This document shows positions 12,572 through 27,238 of a stretch of 64,000 nucleotides of DNA, piece after piece (the first letter of the stretch is position 1; every line of letters begins with the position of its first letter). A program made the translations under genes and the position numbers. The notes beneath the pieces were generated by a model. The model worked only from the letters and a program-made list of their open reading frames with translations, was not told where the DNA came from and made no database searches. Source of the stretch: Octopus sinensis. Taxonomy: Eukaryota. The stretch spans positions 54,188,001 to 54,252,000 of the forward strand of contig NC_043004.1 of the NCBI RefSeq assembly GCF_006345805.1. The letters are read 5' to 3'.

Positions 12572-12629
12572 GATAAAACTCTGAGTTTCGGATGCCGAAG
12601 TGGAAATCCACAACACCTCTTCGGTTATC
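12572..12629 (-). ncRNA. Type I hammerhead ribozyme-like motif (U4C core variant)
   Basis: GAUAA-CCGAAGA-[stem II with internal hairpin]-GAAA-CUCAGAG-UU-UUAUC; stem I 5 bp. Confidence 0.55.
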
Positions 12630-13001
12630 TGGCCATCTGAAAAACGCTATGAAATAATACCGTTATGTAAAGGGAAATTACTATGTTATAATTCCGCTAC
12701 TTATATAAATTAAGATTAAAAGTTCATAGTAAACACGTAAGCATGGCTACTCATACGCTCACATGTGCGTACTTATACATTACTATACATACATACTGTT
12801 CCCGGTCTGTTAATATTATTGATGTAGCGAAATTAATCTAGCCGATGTATACTAATCCAATTTACGATAATAAGCGTAAATTGTAAAAGCCAAACCTAGG
12901 TTCGAGATTATCCATATCTAGGTTCTTTTTCCTACAGGTGAGTTGAAATTGTTTATGTTCGCCACATGCTTGCATTTTTGCCAGTTTATATACATACAAA
13001 A

Positions 13002-13037
<36 letters not shown>

Positions 13038-13184
13038 TGACGTTTTACTTATATATGGATATATATATATAGATATAGATATGTGTGTATACACACATAC
13101 ACAACACCCACACCACACAACCACACACACACCACACACACACACAGACACACAACATATATATATATATTATATATATATATT

Positions 13185-13455
13185 AATGGCTTCAGTCCGA
13201 CCAAAGACTGTAAGTGGATTTCTTACATGGAAATTGAAAGAAGACTGTCGTATATTTGTGTACATTTGTGTCTGTGTGTGTGTCAATGTGTGTGTTTCTT
13301 CCTCCACCAATGCTTGACAACCTGTAACATAGCGTTTTGGCAAAACACACTGAGAAAATAAATACGAGGCTTATAAAGAATAAATCCTGTGGTCGATTTG
13401 TTTGACTAACGGCGGTACTCCAGCATAGCCGCATTCATATGACTGAAACTAGTTA
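13185..13455 (+). mobile_element. Degenerate SINE family AB (5'-truncated)
   Basis: CCGACCAAAG..GTGGATT..GAAATTGAAAGAAG core plus tail GGCGGTACTCCAGCATAGCCGC..ATGACTGAAAC. Confidence 0.7.
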
Positions 13456-13482
13456 ATCAATACATAACTATGCCATTTTAGT

Positions 13483-13510
13483 CCCGGGCAATGCCGGGTA
13501 TTTCTGGTAG
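13483..13510 (+). mobile_element. Helitron-like 3' terminus
   Basis: GC hairpin CCCGG-GCAATG-CCGGG, then ~8 nt later GTAG (CTAG-like) followed by T. Confidence 0.45.
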
Positions 13511-13511
13511 T

Positions 13512-13561
<50 letters not shown>

Positions 13562-13661
13562 ATGTATAGGGGGGAAGAATTCACGAAAAAAACAAAAGAC
13601 GAAACAAGTGGTGTAGAAAATAAACAGATGTATTATTATAACGCTCGGGAATTGAAAAAGT

Positions 13662-13697
13662 CTTTAACGTTTCGAGCCTACGCTCTTCCACAGAAAG
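13662..13697 (-). ncRNA. Minimal hammerhead-like motif (A6U variant) in a Penelope pLTR-like repeat (~13565-13960)
   Basis: CUUU-CUGUGGA-A-GAGC-GUAG-GCUC-GAAACGUU-AAAG; related copy at 47400-47435. Confidence 0.5.
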
Positions 13698-14331
13698 GAA
13701 CACAGAAAGAAACAAAGAGAGAAACAAGGAGAGTGGCTATCGATTTATCATGGCGAATGCCGGACGGAAGGGTCACATAGGAGAGCTTAGAAGTAGGGGA
13801 GATAACAAAGTAGTGGTGATACCAAAACAAAGGTGCGCGTGTGTGTAAGAGAGTACGTATGTGCGTGTGAAAGACAGCTGGTGATCTTGACGCGTGCGTG
13901 TGTATATGTGTAGTTGTGAAAATGTGGGGATGAGAATTGGTCAGTGTTAGTGTGTTCGTGCTGGTGTGTTGTGATTTGATGTGTTGTGTGGTATGGTGTA
14001 GTGTGGTGAGGTGTGATGGTGTTAAGAGGTGGGGAGGTGAGAGTTGGGAAAGCACGAGTGGAGTGAGCTTCTGGGGGAGGTTTGACGATAAAGGGTGAGG
14101 GGGAAGTTGGTTATGAGAGAAGAGAGTAAGAGAGTAAGGGGGAAGAGAGAAGAGAGAAAGAGAGTAGGGTGAAGAGGAGTAGGAGTGAAGAGAAGTAGGA
14201 GTCGGCGCAAGAGAGGAGAGGCGGGTGGGAGGAAGTAAGAGGGAGGGGGGAGAGGCAAGGGGAGGAGGTTAGATGAAGATATATAAGTGCATGCATGTAT
14301 GTATATATATATATGTGTGAGTGTGTGTAAT

Positions 14332-14381
<50 letters not shown>

Positions 14382-14388
14382 ATATATA

Positions 14389-14423
<35 letters not shown>

Positions 14424-14765
14424 GAAAAAGGACACGGAAATTGGGAAGGTAATAATAATTTATTATTAACAAATTAATTACCAGCCCTTACATCTGTTTC
14501 AATTAATACTCAATAAATGTTAAGTAAATATCAAATTTATATGACATGAGCATAATATCTTCAGAGAGGGAAATATATTCCCTTGGATGCTTATATGTAT
14601 TTATGGATTCATTACAGCAGACTGTGCTATAATGAATCCATAAATTGTGGTTATATATCTAATGTAGAAATCATTAGTTTTAGGGAGATTAGATTTCTAG
14701 GGTAAAATCTTATCCGAAATCTTAAGCCAGTTTATCACAGCTGACCTTCCAGCCTTCCGGAATTT

Positions 14766-16153
14766 GGACTGGTTTAATGCAGAGCTTTATTGGTTGATGT
14801 GACTTCAACTACGCATTAACTACTACCCAAACCAATATCTAACTAGTTACTATCGTGCCTAAATAGTAATTCTTCATCCGACATACCATGGTAGGATACA
14901 TATGTATCTTACCATTTTGCAGTTGAGTATAATTTATGCAGTCACGAGAATTATGTTAATTCAACTCTAAAGTAAATATATACGGTTAAATGCCATAAAG
15001 ATGCATTGCAAATATAATCTGTAAGCGGAACACTAAAACATGTGCAAAACTTCTTTCGGGTTTAAAATATCACACCATTGTTTTCTTCGTCTACATTCCA
15101 TTGATGGAGTTTTGTATTTTGTTAAGAACCAGCTGCTTCTTCAGAGGAAGAATTTGAATGATTAAAAATAGATCATACATACATACACATGTACACGCAT
15201 ACATACATCCATCCATAGATCCATACATACATACACACATAAATACATACATACATACATACATACATACTACATACATACATACATACATACATACATA
15301 CATACATACATACAGTAAGCTGTTGTATGTGACTCGCTACCATGTTATATGGACACTCACCATGAGGCCCATCAATTTCCTTCTGTCACAACATGTGAAA
15401 AACATGGAGTTGCTTCTGTTCAATATTTCAAACTTAAGAGAATCTTAACTGTTGCTGTGCATCATAAATACCCAGAGAAGTCTGTTTAAAGGACAATACT
15501 CACTAAGATAATGATGTTGCTATATGAGAATTTATTGTTATGGTTCTGTGATACCGAAAAACTAACACTATCATATAACTAAAGTAAAGCGGGAGCAGTT
15601 TTAAAATATTCAAAAAGGGTTGTCAGATGATTAGAAGATTTATGTATTTTCTGAAACCTGGATTTCCTTATTCGAAACTCAAGTCAAGAAACGAGGAGAA
15701 AATATCAAAACAAGAAGAAGTAATATTTATTTCCAGATTCAGATGTTGTCCTTTCATGGAAATAAAAATGTTTTTGCGAGATCAATTATAAAGGACTCTT
15801 TGTGGGGTGGCGGGGGACATGCAACAAATCAAATTATTTTGAAATACGGCACAGAGGTGGGGGTAGTTTCAGAGAAGTCATGTTGATAAAATGTTGGATT
15901 AGCAATGGGAGGGTTAAAGTTTCGATCCAGTGTTTAGTGTTACATCTTCATAGCATCTTACCGTATATCTTATTTAGAGTTAAGTTAGCATAATTCGCGT
16001 AGTTGGATAGTGTATAACCAACTGCAACATGGAAGGATACATATGTATCCAACCATATTATGTAGCATGAGGAATTACTATTTTGGTACGATAGTACCCA
16101 GTTAGATATTGTTTTTGGTAGTGGGTCATTAAAGCTCTGCATTAGACCAGTCC
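14766..16153. repeat. Diverged inverted repeat pair 14766-15003 / 15943-16153
   Basis: Colinear blocks, e.g. GGACTGGT(T/C)TAATGCAGAGCTTTA and GGATACATATGTATC..CCAT.TTGCAGTTG, on opposite strands. Confidence 0.8.
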
Positions 16154-16364
16154 CAAACCCAGCTAGCTCCGGTTTACAGGACTTGTAGTTGTCCCTTATC
16201 CACGGTTATGGATTTATCTCCCTTTGACATCCATTTTTACGTTCTTGGTTGGTATTCGACATAGATCTTCCCTGTCTCGTTTTCAGAAAGTAGGAGCGAT
16301 AGAGCGCACGTTTAGCAAACTTGTTTTCAGCTTTTAAACTGCGAGAGACACGACGAAAATCGTG

Positions 16365-16452
<88 letters not shown>

Positions 16453-16958
16453 TCACACACGTGATCCATTTATTAATAGTATTTAAAGGGTCGATACAAT
16501 TAAATACATGTCTACATTGAATGAGCTGTAATTCTGATTGGTAAAAATGCTATATAATACAAAACACCGATTCTCATCAAATAGACAGTGACATTAAATT
16601 TGTTTTTCTTCCATACTCCATGATATTCATTACACTTAACAGCTGGAATTTAAATATATTTAAAGCTTTGCTTCTATGTTGTCTATAGAAGTAAGGAAGC
16701 ATATGATGGCATGCATAAATTACAGTCGTTACAGTAGTGTTTCGCCGTCGTTTGTGGTAAGCCTTAAGGCCTATACGGGCAGTGTGATGTTAAATTTCCT
16801 GCTATAAATACTCTTAGCATAACCGATGTAGATCTAAAATTCTGTCACGAACGTTTGACTATTTTGATGTTGTGGTTACAAGTGTTGTTATCTGAAGGCG
16901 TTTAGGTAGACAGACAGTCAGATAGACAGATAGAAAAACAGACAGATAGGAAGATATA

Positions 16959-17179
16959 TTTCTTTACTAGCCACAATGAGCTAAACACAGAGGGGACAAA
17001 CAAGCACAGACAAACGGATTAAGTTGATTGCATCGACCCCAGTGCTTAGCTGGTACTTAATTTATCGACCCCCGAAAGGATGAAAGGCAAAGTCGACCTC
17101 GGCGAAATTTGAACTCACAACTTAACGGCAGACGAAATACGGCTACGCATTTCGCCCGGCGTGCTAACGTTTCTGCCAG
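16959..17179 (-). mobile_element. tRNA-derived SINE (family F) with Tx1-like 3' tail, embedded in (GATA/GACA)n
   Basis: Head with GAGTTCAAAT B-box-like motif and core GCCTTTCATCCTTTCGGGGTCGATAAATTAAGTACCAG. Terminal 42 nt are 32/42 identical (ungapped) to the LINE 3' end at 710-751. Confidence 0.8.
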
Positions 17180-17200
17180 AAGATAGACATATAGATAGAC

Positions 17201-17283
<83 letters not shown>

Positions 17284-17685
17284 CCAGTTGTACTTAGGAC
17301 AAAGGGCTATTTAGTGATGCTTATTAGAATTTGCCAACGTGTAGCATAAATATGTGAACTGGACTGTATTAAGATCATGCGATATTAGTCGATACATACA
17401 CGCTAGAGTTTTAGCAAGAGCAATGAGAACTCTAAACGGTATACATGGAAGGTGTGATTACATTCATTCAGTTACTCGTGAATACTTGAAGGCACATTTA
17501 ACTATGGGGTGAGTTACAAGGCGTTTTCTTCCACTCTGAATAACAAGTGTAGGTCTTCGATAACTATACTAATGACAGTCGTAATCAAATGTGTACGGTA
17601 CTTATATATGTGAGTGCATGTGCATGATTGTGTGTGTGTAAGTGTGCATGTATTTGTTTGTGTGGTGTACGTGTGTGTCTAATAT

Positions 17686-17730
<45 letters not shown>

Positions 17731-19918
17731 TATATTAATAGGAATTCGAACCTTGTCTTATTTTCACGTTTTTTTACAATCTTATAATGATAAAAGAATA
17801 TAATATAATATAATATATCTATAATAAAATAAAATAAAATAATAGAATGTTAAATGTTCCTTTCTGATGAACTAGTACTTTCATGCATTAAATTCTGCAA
17901 TCTTCAGTTCATGTAGTAGTGGTGACAGTCATGCTTCACAATTTTTGACTGTAGCGAGTTGATTGAATCTGTGCTTTAAATACAGCTGTGTAGGCTCCAG
18001 ATGCTAGGTTTTGCAAACTGTATTCTGACCAATCAGTGAGTAGTATCACTCAATTACTTAAGCTGATTGGTTTAGGCATCACGCTTTGTTGGACATGTCA
18101 AAAGTCCTGTATCTTAACCCTGGCCGAAGCAGTAATTGTTTGGCTATTTTTAGAAATGTTTTAAATAGCCTTTGTCAGAGATTTTTATATTTTTATATTT
18201 CAATTGTCATGATCATCATTGTCAGCAACTTAATTATTGTTGCTAGTGGTGATGGTGGTGGCAATAGAACTTTTAACCCTAAATAAGATAATTTTCCCGC
18301 TATCTAAGTATTATTATTATTGCTTATTTAGCTTGGGTTCGAATTTATCAATAAAATTCTTTTCTCTGATTTTCCTCTCGATTTCACTTGGGCTGTGTAA
18401 TTTGTAGAATGGAAATATTATATATATTTTCCGGCCACATGTTGCTAGGTGGTTACTCAAAGGTATCTGACGGACCTCTGGGTCTCTAATCTGTTGCCGG
18501 TGTACACGTGAGCGTTCTGATGGTGCGTTTCCCGTCTGACCTACATATATTTCTTCACAATTTGGGCATTTGATGCAGTAAATTCAATTTCTGCTTTTGC
18601 AGTTCATATTCGCGTTTGTGAATATTTTCCCGGTTTTTCAAGACCTGCTGAGGAGATTTGAGGCTCTAACCAGAATTCGAAATTGTGATCTGTTACCTTA
18701 TTCTACCTTATTTTACCTTATATTAGCTTAGATAATATATTAAATTCCACTCGTTTTCCCGATTTCTGTTGATCCGTTACATATTTTCATTGAGATTAGT
18801 TGTAAAGTTGGTTTTTTTTTACTTCTACTGACTACCAAGCTGGTATTTATTGTATTAAGAACACACGAGGGGAAAAACTTCCTGGTTTTGAAAATACTCA
18901 AGGATTAGTTAATAATGATTTTATTCAACATATTCCATTCACAGATTCACACATTTATCGCAGCTGTCCTTCAGGAGACTCGGAAGGTTGGGTAGCCAAC
19001 CTGGCCCTTCGCGATACCTATACAGCCAGGAACTTCTCAATACCTCTTCGTGTGTGTATATATGCACACATGTATATACATATGCTAGAACATGAGAGAG
19101 GGAGAAAGAGAGAGGGGTCAAAACGAATACTAGAACACACGTAATGCATATACAACTATTCAAGTGCTACATGCGTGTGTGTATATGTGTTTGTGTACGT
19201 ATCCAAATGTGAGTACGGGAGGGCATGCGTATATACGAAATTTTATGCATATATATATATATATATATAATATATATATATAATATATATATATATATTA
19301 TATATAGCAATTTCTCATCGTTCTGAATTGAATCGATTTATTGTCGAAGAAATATAATAAAGGAAACGAAAGACGAACAATTGAATTACATTTTATTTAG
19401 TCTAAATTTGGCACTTGACACCGTCTCTTGTATGTTCCTGGACATTTGGTCACGGTTCAATAGTTGATAGTTCCAGTTAGCTTGTTACAACAGCGCAGGC
19501 GTTGATGTAAGTTGAGTAAGATAACATGGCTACCTTCTAGTTATTTTCTAAACACATTGTTGTTTGTGACGGGCAGAGATTCATGTTTACATACAAACAC
19601 ACATACACACACAAATAGTTAACATCTATGTATGCATGTATGTATGTATGTATATATGTATGCAAACATGTGTGTTTATGTGTATGTATATACAACTGTG
19701 TGTGTGTGCGCGCGATAACGTCTGCTTGTACGTATTTATATTCAGTTATATATTTGTATTCATGTGAGCTTGTGTTTGAATGAAGGCATGTGTGTATGTT
19801 TATCTTTCCGTATATCAGGATTTCTCTTTCCTAGTTATACGCTATTATGTGATGTGAAATGCCGATATTAGGATACACACATATATATATGCCGTACACA
19901 CAACCATATATATATATG

Positions 19919-19961
<43 letters not shown>

Positions 19962-21649
19962 TATTATATATATATATTATATATATATATATAATAATAA
20001 CTGAGATTCAGATTTATTATATATATATTAAAGTGTATTCGTTTGCATGTTTGGTGTATATATGTATATATGTAAACACAAACTTGTTACTATTATGCAA
20101 ATGGACACACACATACAGATATGTATACATGCACATATAAAGAGATACACACACATGCATACACATGTATATATGTACATATGTATATATATATGTATAT
20201 ACACACACACACATATATACATATATCATATGTATGGGTGTGTGTGTAATATATATATATATATATAAACACATCTGTGCACGGTGTCTACGCATGTGTG
20301 TGTGTGTGTGGAGAGTCATTGCAAGTACTATGCACCAGTCAATATATTTATGCATAATTAAATATTGTTTACACAGGCACAGCTGTCGCGATTATTTTAA
20401 TATGCAAATATATATTTATCCTTATATTTCGTATTGTTCTTTTTGCTATTATTTCCATACACCACATTACCATAAATTAAGTACAAATATGCAAATTAAG
20501 TACAAATATGACTAAAATGTTAATACCAACTGAGAAAAGGGAGCAAAAGGGACAGAAAGATTGCATCAAGATTCAATACCCTTCTAGTATTTGTCCTCAT
20601 TATTTTACATTTCGCGTTTGTATCACAGATGTGTTGTTTACCCACTATGCACAGAAGTGTGTATCTGGTTATCAATTTTTCATGACAACAACTGAGCTAA
20701 GAATACGGTGTAAGCAATTGAGGCAGTGTTTAATTTAAATAGTCAACTATAAATCATACTTAATGCATACACACTGACGATCGCCCACTTGCATCAACAT
20801 ATATCCTAAGATAGAACCCCCTTTGGACTGGTTGTCAATTGCTGTCTAGGATACAAATCCACTCAGGGTATATTTATCTTCTTTCACTTGTTTCTACCAC
20901 CGTATTAGGAACATGCTGGAGTACGGTTTTGAAGGTTTTATCCAAACAAACCGACACCAGTGCTCTTTCTTAATAAACTGTTACATATTCTATTGATCGC
21001 TTGTGAAACGTAAACAAACCAACACTAGTAGTGAAGCAGTGGTGAGGAACAAACACACATGCATACACTCGCACTCACACACATCCATACTTATTCGACT
21101 AACTTTGACTTCCAAATTCACTCACGAAGTATCGGATGGCTCGGGGCTTTAATAGAAAACATTTATCCAAATGATGTGAAGTGGAACAGAACAGGTAACG
21201 ATAGGGTTACTAAACGAGCTTTCGAACCGCAGAGCCATGCTTTTATATTTAATCAAAACTTTGCTTATAGATAGAAGTAAACCAAGAAGTCTCTCTTATA
21301 ATTTATTCCTGGACAGAAAAACGCAATGTGGTGGAAAGTTTCAACCCTTACAGTGGGTTGCCTCCTGTGCACCTATTAATAATAAATTTATTAACAATTC
21401 CCAAGCTGGCATCGAGATCCTGTTGACAAGGTTGAAACCGGCCTGGCTATTTCCTTTTCTCTCTTCCTGAAGACATAAAACAAACATTGTTTGTGTCTGT
21501 CTACACTCACAATGTTGCAAAAACCTATTTATATTTTCTATAGCACATCGCAGATGTATACATATGTGCATATATCTATGTATTGTATACATGTGTGGTA
21601 TATATCTTCTCTCTCTCTCTCTCTATATATATTAATATATATATATATA

Positions 21650-21694
<45 letters not shown>

Positions 21695-21830
21695 GCATGT
21701 TATATTCATGTATATATATATATGTGTGTGTATGTGCGTGTATGTATATATATACATATATATATACATATATACATATATATTATATATTATAATATAT
21801 ATATATATATTATATATATATATATATATA

Positions 21831-22060
21831 TGTTCCGGGGCACATTCAAAAGGTGACCGCGTGTGTACCGTTGGCGATTTTTTTCTTCCATATTCCTTTC
21901 CGTGGATCTTTCCTTCTCCTATGTTCCTGACGAAGAGCTCCGCTCGAAACGTTAAATCCTCCTTCTTTCATTCCTTTCCTGAGCGTCCAATAATAGTATA
22001 TGTGTTCCACGTCCTCGCGTTGTTGTGTTTTCTCTTTATGTTTTCATGTTTGGATTAACT
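21831..22060 (+). mobile_element. Short (TA)n-embedded element with hammerhead-like motif at 21922-21958 (Penelope pLTR-like)
   Basis: CUGACGA-A-GAGC-UCC-GCUC-GAAACGUU, with stem I only partly paired; (TA)n on both sides. Confidence 0.5.
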
Positions 22061-22871
22061 ATATATATATATATTTATATACATAAATGTAAATATATAT
22101 GTATATATATACACACGCATATATATATACATGCATATATATGTATATGTATGTATGTATGTATATATGTGGATAGGTAAATATTTATATGTACGTTCGT
22201 GGACGTACAAGAGAGTTTATAAGTTTTCGCTCATGCACATTGACGCAAATCGTGATTGATTTTGAGGTCAATATTATCCATCTTTGCAGATGATATCCTT
22301 TTCCTTTCACATACATAAAGGATACACAGATGCATAAACATATATAAACTTGCACATATACATACAGAGACAAACATAACTGCTAATGTTGTTTTAGTGC
22401 GCATGCGTGTGTGAATCTGTCTATAATCACTTTCATTGGGTCATTGAACTTACGTATGGTCCAAAATTCTATATTTCATATGTAAAACTTGTATAAAGTA
22501 ATGTTGCAAAGTACCTTTGTGAACTTCGACTTGTTTAGAGTGTCGCTTTCTCCTTTTTTTATTGGCCAATTTGAACACCAGGTGGTTGTGTTTACATCAA
22601 GCTTTTAAATTTGTAACGTAAATACAAAGCTCAGAATACATCATGTGTATGGACGTGTGTGTGTGTATATGAATATGTATATATATTTGCATATAGATAT
22701 ATATATATTATATATATTATATATTATACATATATGTAAATACATATGTATGTATACACAAATATATGCATTATATGTATATATGTAGATTTGTAGATTT
22801 GTCTACGATACATCCAACTATACATTTATATAAACATGTGTGAGTGTATGTACGCATGTATCTATATACAC

Positions 22872-22905
<34 letters not shown>

Positions 22906-23358
22906 ATGTGTGTATGTATGTATGTATATATACATATATAATTATCTATGTACATATATATATATATATATACATATATAATTATTTATGTATCGTATAT
23001 ATGTCATTTATAATTATCATATATACACTTATACATTTTATATTTACATATAAAATATATACTTGTGTGTATATATATGAAATAACATGCATACATATGC
23101 ACACATACGTGTGCGTATATATGTGCAATTATGCATTAGGTGGGGATGTATGTAATTCAGCGACAATAAAAAAAAATATGACTAGGATTTACTGGAAAAA
23201 ATATCAAACCTCACAATCTTAAAGTTATTTTGCTAGTGATTCATTCTTCACACTGTTCGCTAAAAAATTACCCACATACACACTTTCACAGCACTTGCAC
23301 TTATAGACACTCACGTACACATGTACACACAAATACTATATATATATAGATAGATGTG

Positions 23359-23431
<73 letters not shown>

Positions 23432-23789
23432 CTGTATATATATACACTGTATATATATATATATATACATATATATACACTGTATATATATTATATATAT
23501 ATATATGGTTGCTACGCTCTTATCATCATGCCTTCACATGTACACTGGCACGCACGCACGCACACACACACACACACACACACACATCACACTGATACTC
23601 ACAATTAGACACATTAGTTTCATGAGTACTTGAGACGTTTGGTATCGGATTCTTCTGAGACTAACAATCAACTAAGTCAACTTTCTATTCTAATAAAACA
23701 GCTTGTAGAAAATTCTGACTAAAAATTTGGTAATCGCCATCAATAATTGATTTTATTAAGACCTGATATCTTGCAGGAGGGGTAAAATC

Positions 23790-23945
23790 AACTGGTACTT
23801 ATTTTAAAATCAACTGGTACTTATTTTATCGACCTCACAGTGATGAACAGCAAAATAGACCTCGGTAGAAGTTTGAACTCAGAACGTAAAGCCGTAAAAA
23901 ATGCCGCTAGATATTTCCTCCGGCATGTCTAAAGATTCTCCTAGT
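23790..23945 (-). mobile_element. Degenerate SINE family F fragment
   Basis: CTGGTACTTATTTTATCGACC...GACCTCGG...TTTGAACTCAGAAC matches 17050-17125. Confidence 0.6.
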
Positions 23946-25237
23946 CTATTAACTATGTATGAGCACGGTCATGGAAATTTCGGCTATTCCCGCGTGCTCA
24001 AATAAATGGTGCTTATATCTGTATAGTTGGAATAAAATCGTTACACCAAAACTAATGATTGGTTTATAGAAGTAACCGTAGCTTTAGATGATAGCAGTTG
24101 TCATGACATTCTTGAAAGGGAAGAAGGAAATGAATGTTCAAGTTCTTCTCTAACTCCTTAATTAGATAAATAACTTAGATAAATATTTTTGAGATATCCA
24201 TCAAGGGGTTACGAGCACTTCTGAGACAATTTTACAATGCCTCCTGTAAAGCATGTCAATTCGTTGGTTGAACTAAATCATTTAAGCATTGAGATATCTT
24301 TGTCTTGTGATCTTACTAGGTTTTCTGGAGTAAATACTGCATAGAGTATTGTAGCTACTTATTCAGCCTGTTTGCGCTGATTCCAACCAATGAAAATCTG
24401 CTTATGACCGGGATTAAAGATGAACGCTGAAATTTCGCGAACGGAAGTAACATTTGATGCCATTGAATTTAAACCGTGCCTGTGTATATACACACATAGA
24501 CAAGCCCACACATTTGCAGATGGCATAAATATGTTTGCGTGTGTGTGTATGTGTGTATGTGTGTTATGTGTGTGTCTGTGTGGGTGTGTGTATGTGAATG
24601 TGTGAGTGCTTTGTGTATCGTTTGTGCATTACAAATATATACATATATACACACACTCAAATAGTTGAGTTTATGTATTTGTGCATCTGTGTATATATAG
24701 TACACACTCGTACGCACACACACACACACTCACATATATATACATACATATATCTACTCACAGATGCTCATAAATGAGGTGGTGGTAGTGGTGGGTGGTT
24801 TGATGCCTAATTATTGCCCAATCGTTAACGATTAAACAATAAGTAGCAGCACTAATTTCCAGGAAGTAATTCTCTTTCCCTATTAATAAAACATTGCTTT
24901 CATTCGGCTTCACTAATAGAATGTTGTTCTTCCTCATCTTATAGTTTATTGTTTATTGTAATGCTCATATCTGGCGGACGGAGGAGGGAAACTCATAAGC
25001 ATCTCCTCTACCAACACAAAAACCTCCAACGCCACCATGCCATGAAGCAAGACAACTCGGCCATTGCATACAGCAACAGCACTTTCATAACAAACACAAA
25101 CACATATATGTGTTTGTATATATATATATATATATATGTATGTAGATATATCGATCTATATATCTATATATATATATTATATATATATATAATATATGAT
25201 CTCTCTCCCTCTCTCTCTCTCTCTCTCTATATATATC

Positions 25238-25275
<38 letters not shown>

Positions 25276-25795
25276 ATATATATGAAACGTAGAGTAGATG
25301 AAATCATAGCGACTGAAGAAGGGGTTTTTTCTTTGTGTTAATTGTCCTGTACTCTATTTTTTTGTTGTTTATAAAAATGTCCAGTTCCTTTGGTTTGTGT
25401 CTATGTTTTCGTTTCTCTTTGTGTTCGACGTCCTTTTGGTGTCCTGTACTCATATATGCGTGTATATGTACATGTAGAGGTAGGTACGTACATATATGTT
25501 TATATATATGCATATGTTTATTTTATTTATTAATATATATATATTATATATATATGCACATACATATGTGTGTGTGTATGTATATATGTATAAGACAATC
25601 ATACAATGTAACATCAAGAACAACAGAACAAAAGATGAAATAAAGTTAACACCACTAACAACCCCAACCATAATCAACAAGACAAGCATAGCATCACCAC
25701 TACCGACAACATTAAAACGGCCAGTCACAACAACTATAGTAACAACAACAATTACAAAAGGACCAGCTTTTGTGAGAACAACGAACAACAAACGA

Positions 25796-25868
<73 letters not shown>

Positions 25869-25960
25869 GTATATAATGAAAGATGGCGGAAAGCAATATA
25901 TATTTAAGAAAAAAATCTGTAATTACTATTGATTTGTGATTTTTGTTGATACTACTACTA

Positions 25961-25991
<31 letters not shown>

Positions 25992-25995
25992 CACC

Positions 25996-26047
<52 letters not shown>

Positions 26048-26720
26048 ACTACTCTCTAAGGTTTGCGAATGAAATATGCAAGAAGAAACCATATAAAAGA
26101 AAACTCTAAGCAAGAGAGAGACAGATAGATGGATAGATAGATAGATAGATAGTTAGAGAGAGAGATAGAGACAGACAGACAGACAGACAGACAGAGATAG
26201 ATAGACAGACAGAAAGGATAGAGGGCTAATAAGTAAACGTTATGAGAAAGGGGGTGAGAGAGAAAAAGAAAGAAACAGAAGGAAAGAACAGTAATAAGTG
26301 GGTTCAGTGGGAGGGGTTTTAGAGAGAGGAGTGCTGGAGAGGGAGGGAGGGAGTGGCAGTTAAAGAGAAGGGAAATAAATAATATATCAGAAAGAAAAAA
26401 AGGAGAAAGAATAAAAGAAATCAATAAAGAAGGAAAACAACAAGAAGAAAACGATTTAAGAATAAATCAAGTAGATCTTCTTTTAATGTGTAGTTCTGTG
26501 AAATTGTGCTCAATTAGTGTTTAATGAGGCAAAACCATTAAGTTTGGTCGTATATCACGTATAAAGTCTACAAGGAAAAACTGGTGAGGCGATATCAAAA
26601 ATATCTCACTGCTTCATTGCTTTATATATCATCAATCATTGAGAGCTTTATCTCTATGGTGAAATGGGAACTGGGGATATCTTGATGGTTTGATGGTTTG
26701 AGAGGAAGTGTTTTACTTGA

Positions 26721-26878
26721 TTGTGGTGGTGGTGGTGGGTGGTGGTAGTGATGGTAGTGATGGTGGTGGTGGTGTTGGTAGTGATGGTGGTGGGTGGTGG
26801 TGGTGGTGATGGTGGTGGTGGTGGTTTTGGTGGTTTTGTTTGTGGTGGTGGTGGTGGTGGTGGTTTTGGTTGCTTTGC

Positions 26879-26909
<31 letters not shown>

Positions 26910-27198
26910 GGTGGTGGTAGGGTGGTGGTGGTGGTGGTGGTGGGTGGTGGTAGTGATGGTGGTGGTTTTGTTTGTGGTGGTGGTGGTTGTGATGGTAGTG
27001 ATGGTGGTGGTTTTGTTTGTGGTGGTGGTTATGATGGTAGTGATGGTGGTGGTGGTGGTGATGGTAGTGATGGTGGTGGGTGGTGGTGGTGGTGATGGTG
27101 GTGGTGGTGGTTTTGGTGGTTTTGTTTGTCGTGGTGGTGGTGGTGGTGGTGGTTTTGGTTGCTTTGTTGCTGTTGTTGTTGGTGGTGGTGGTGGTAGT

Positions 27199-27238
<40 letters not shown>

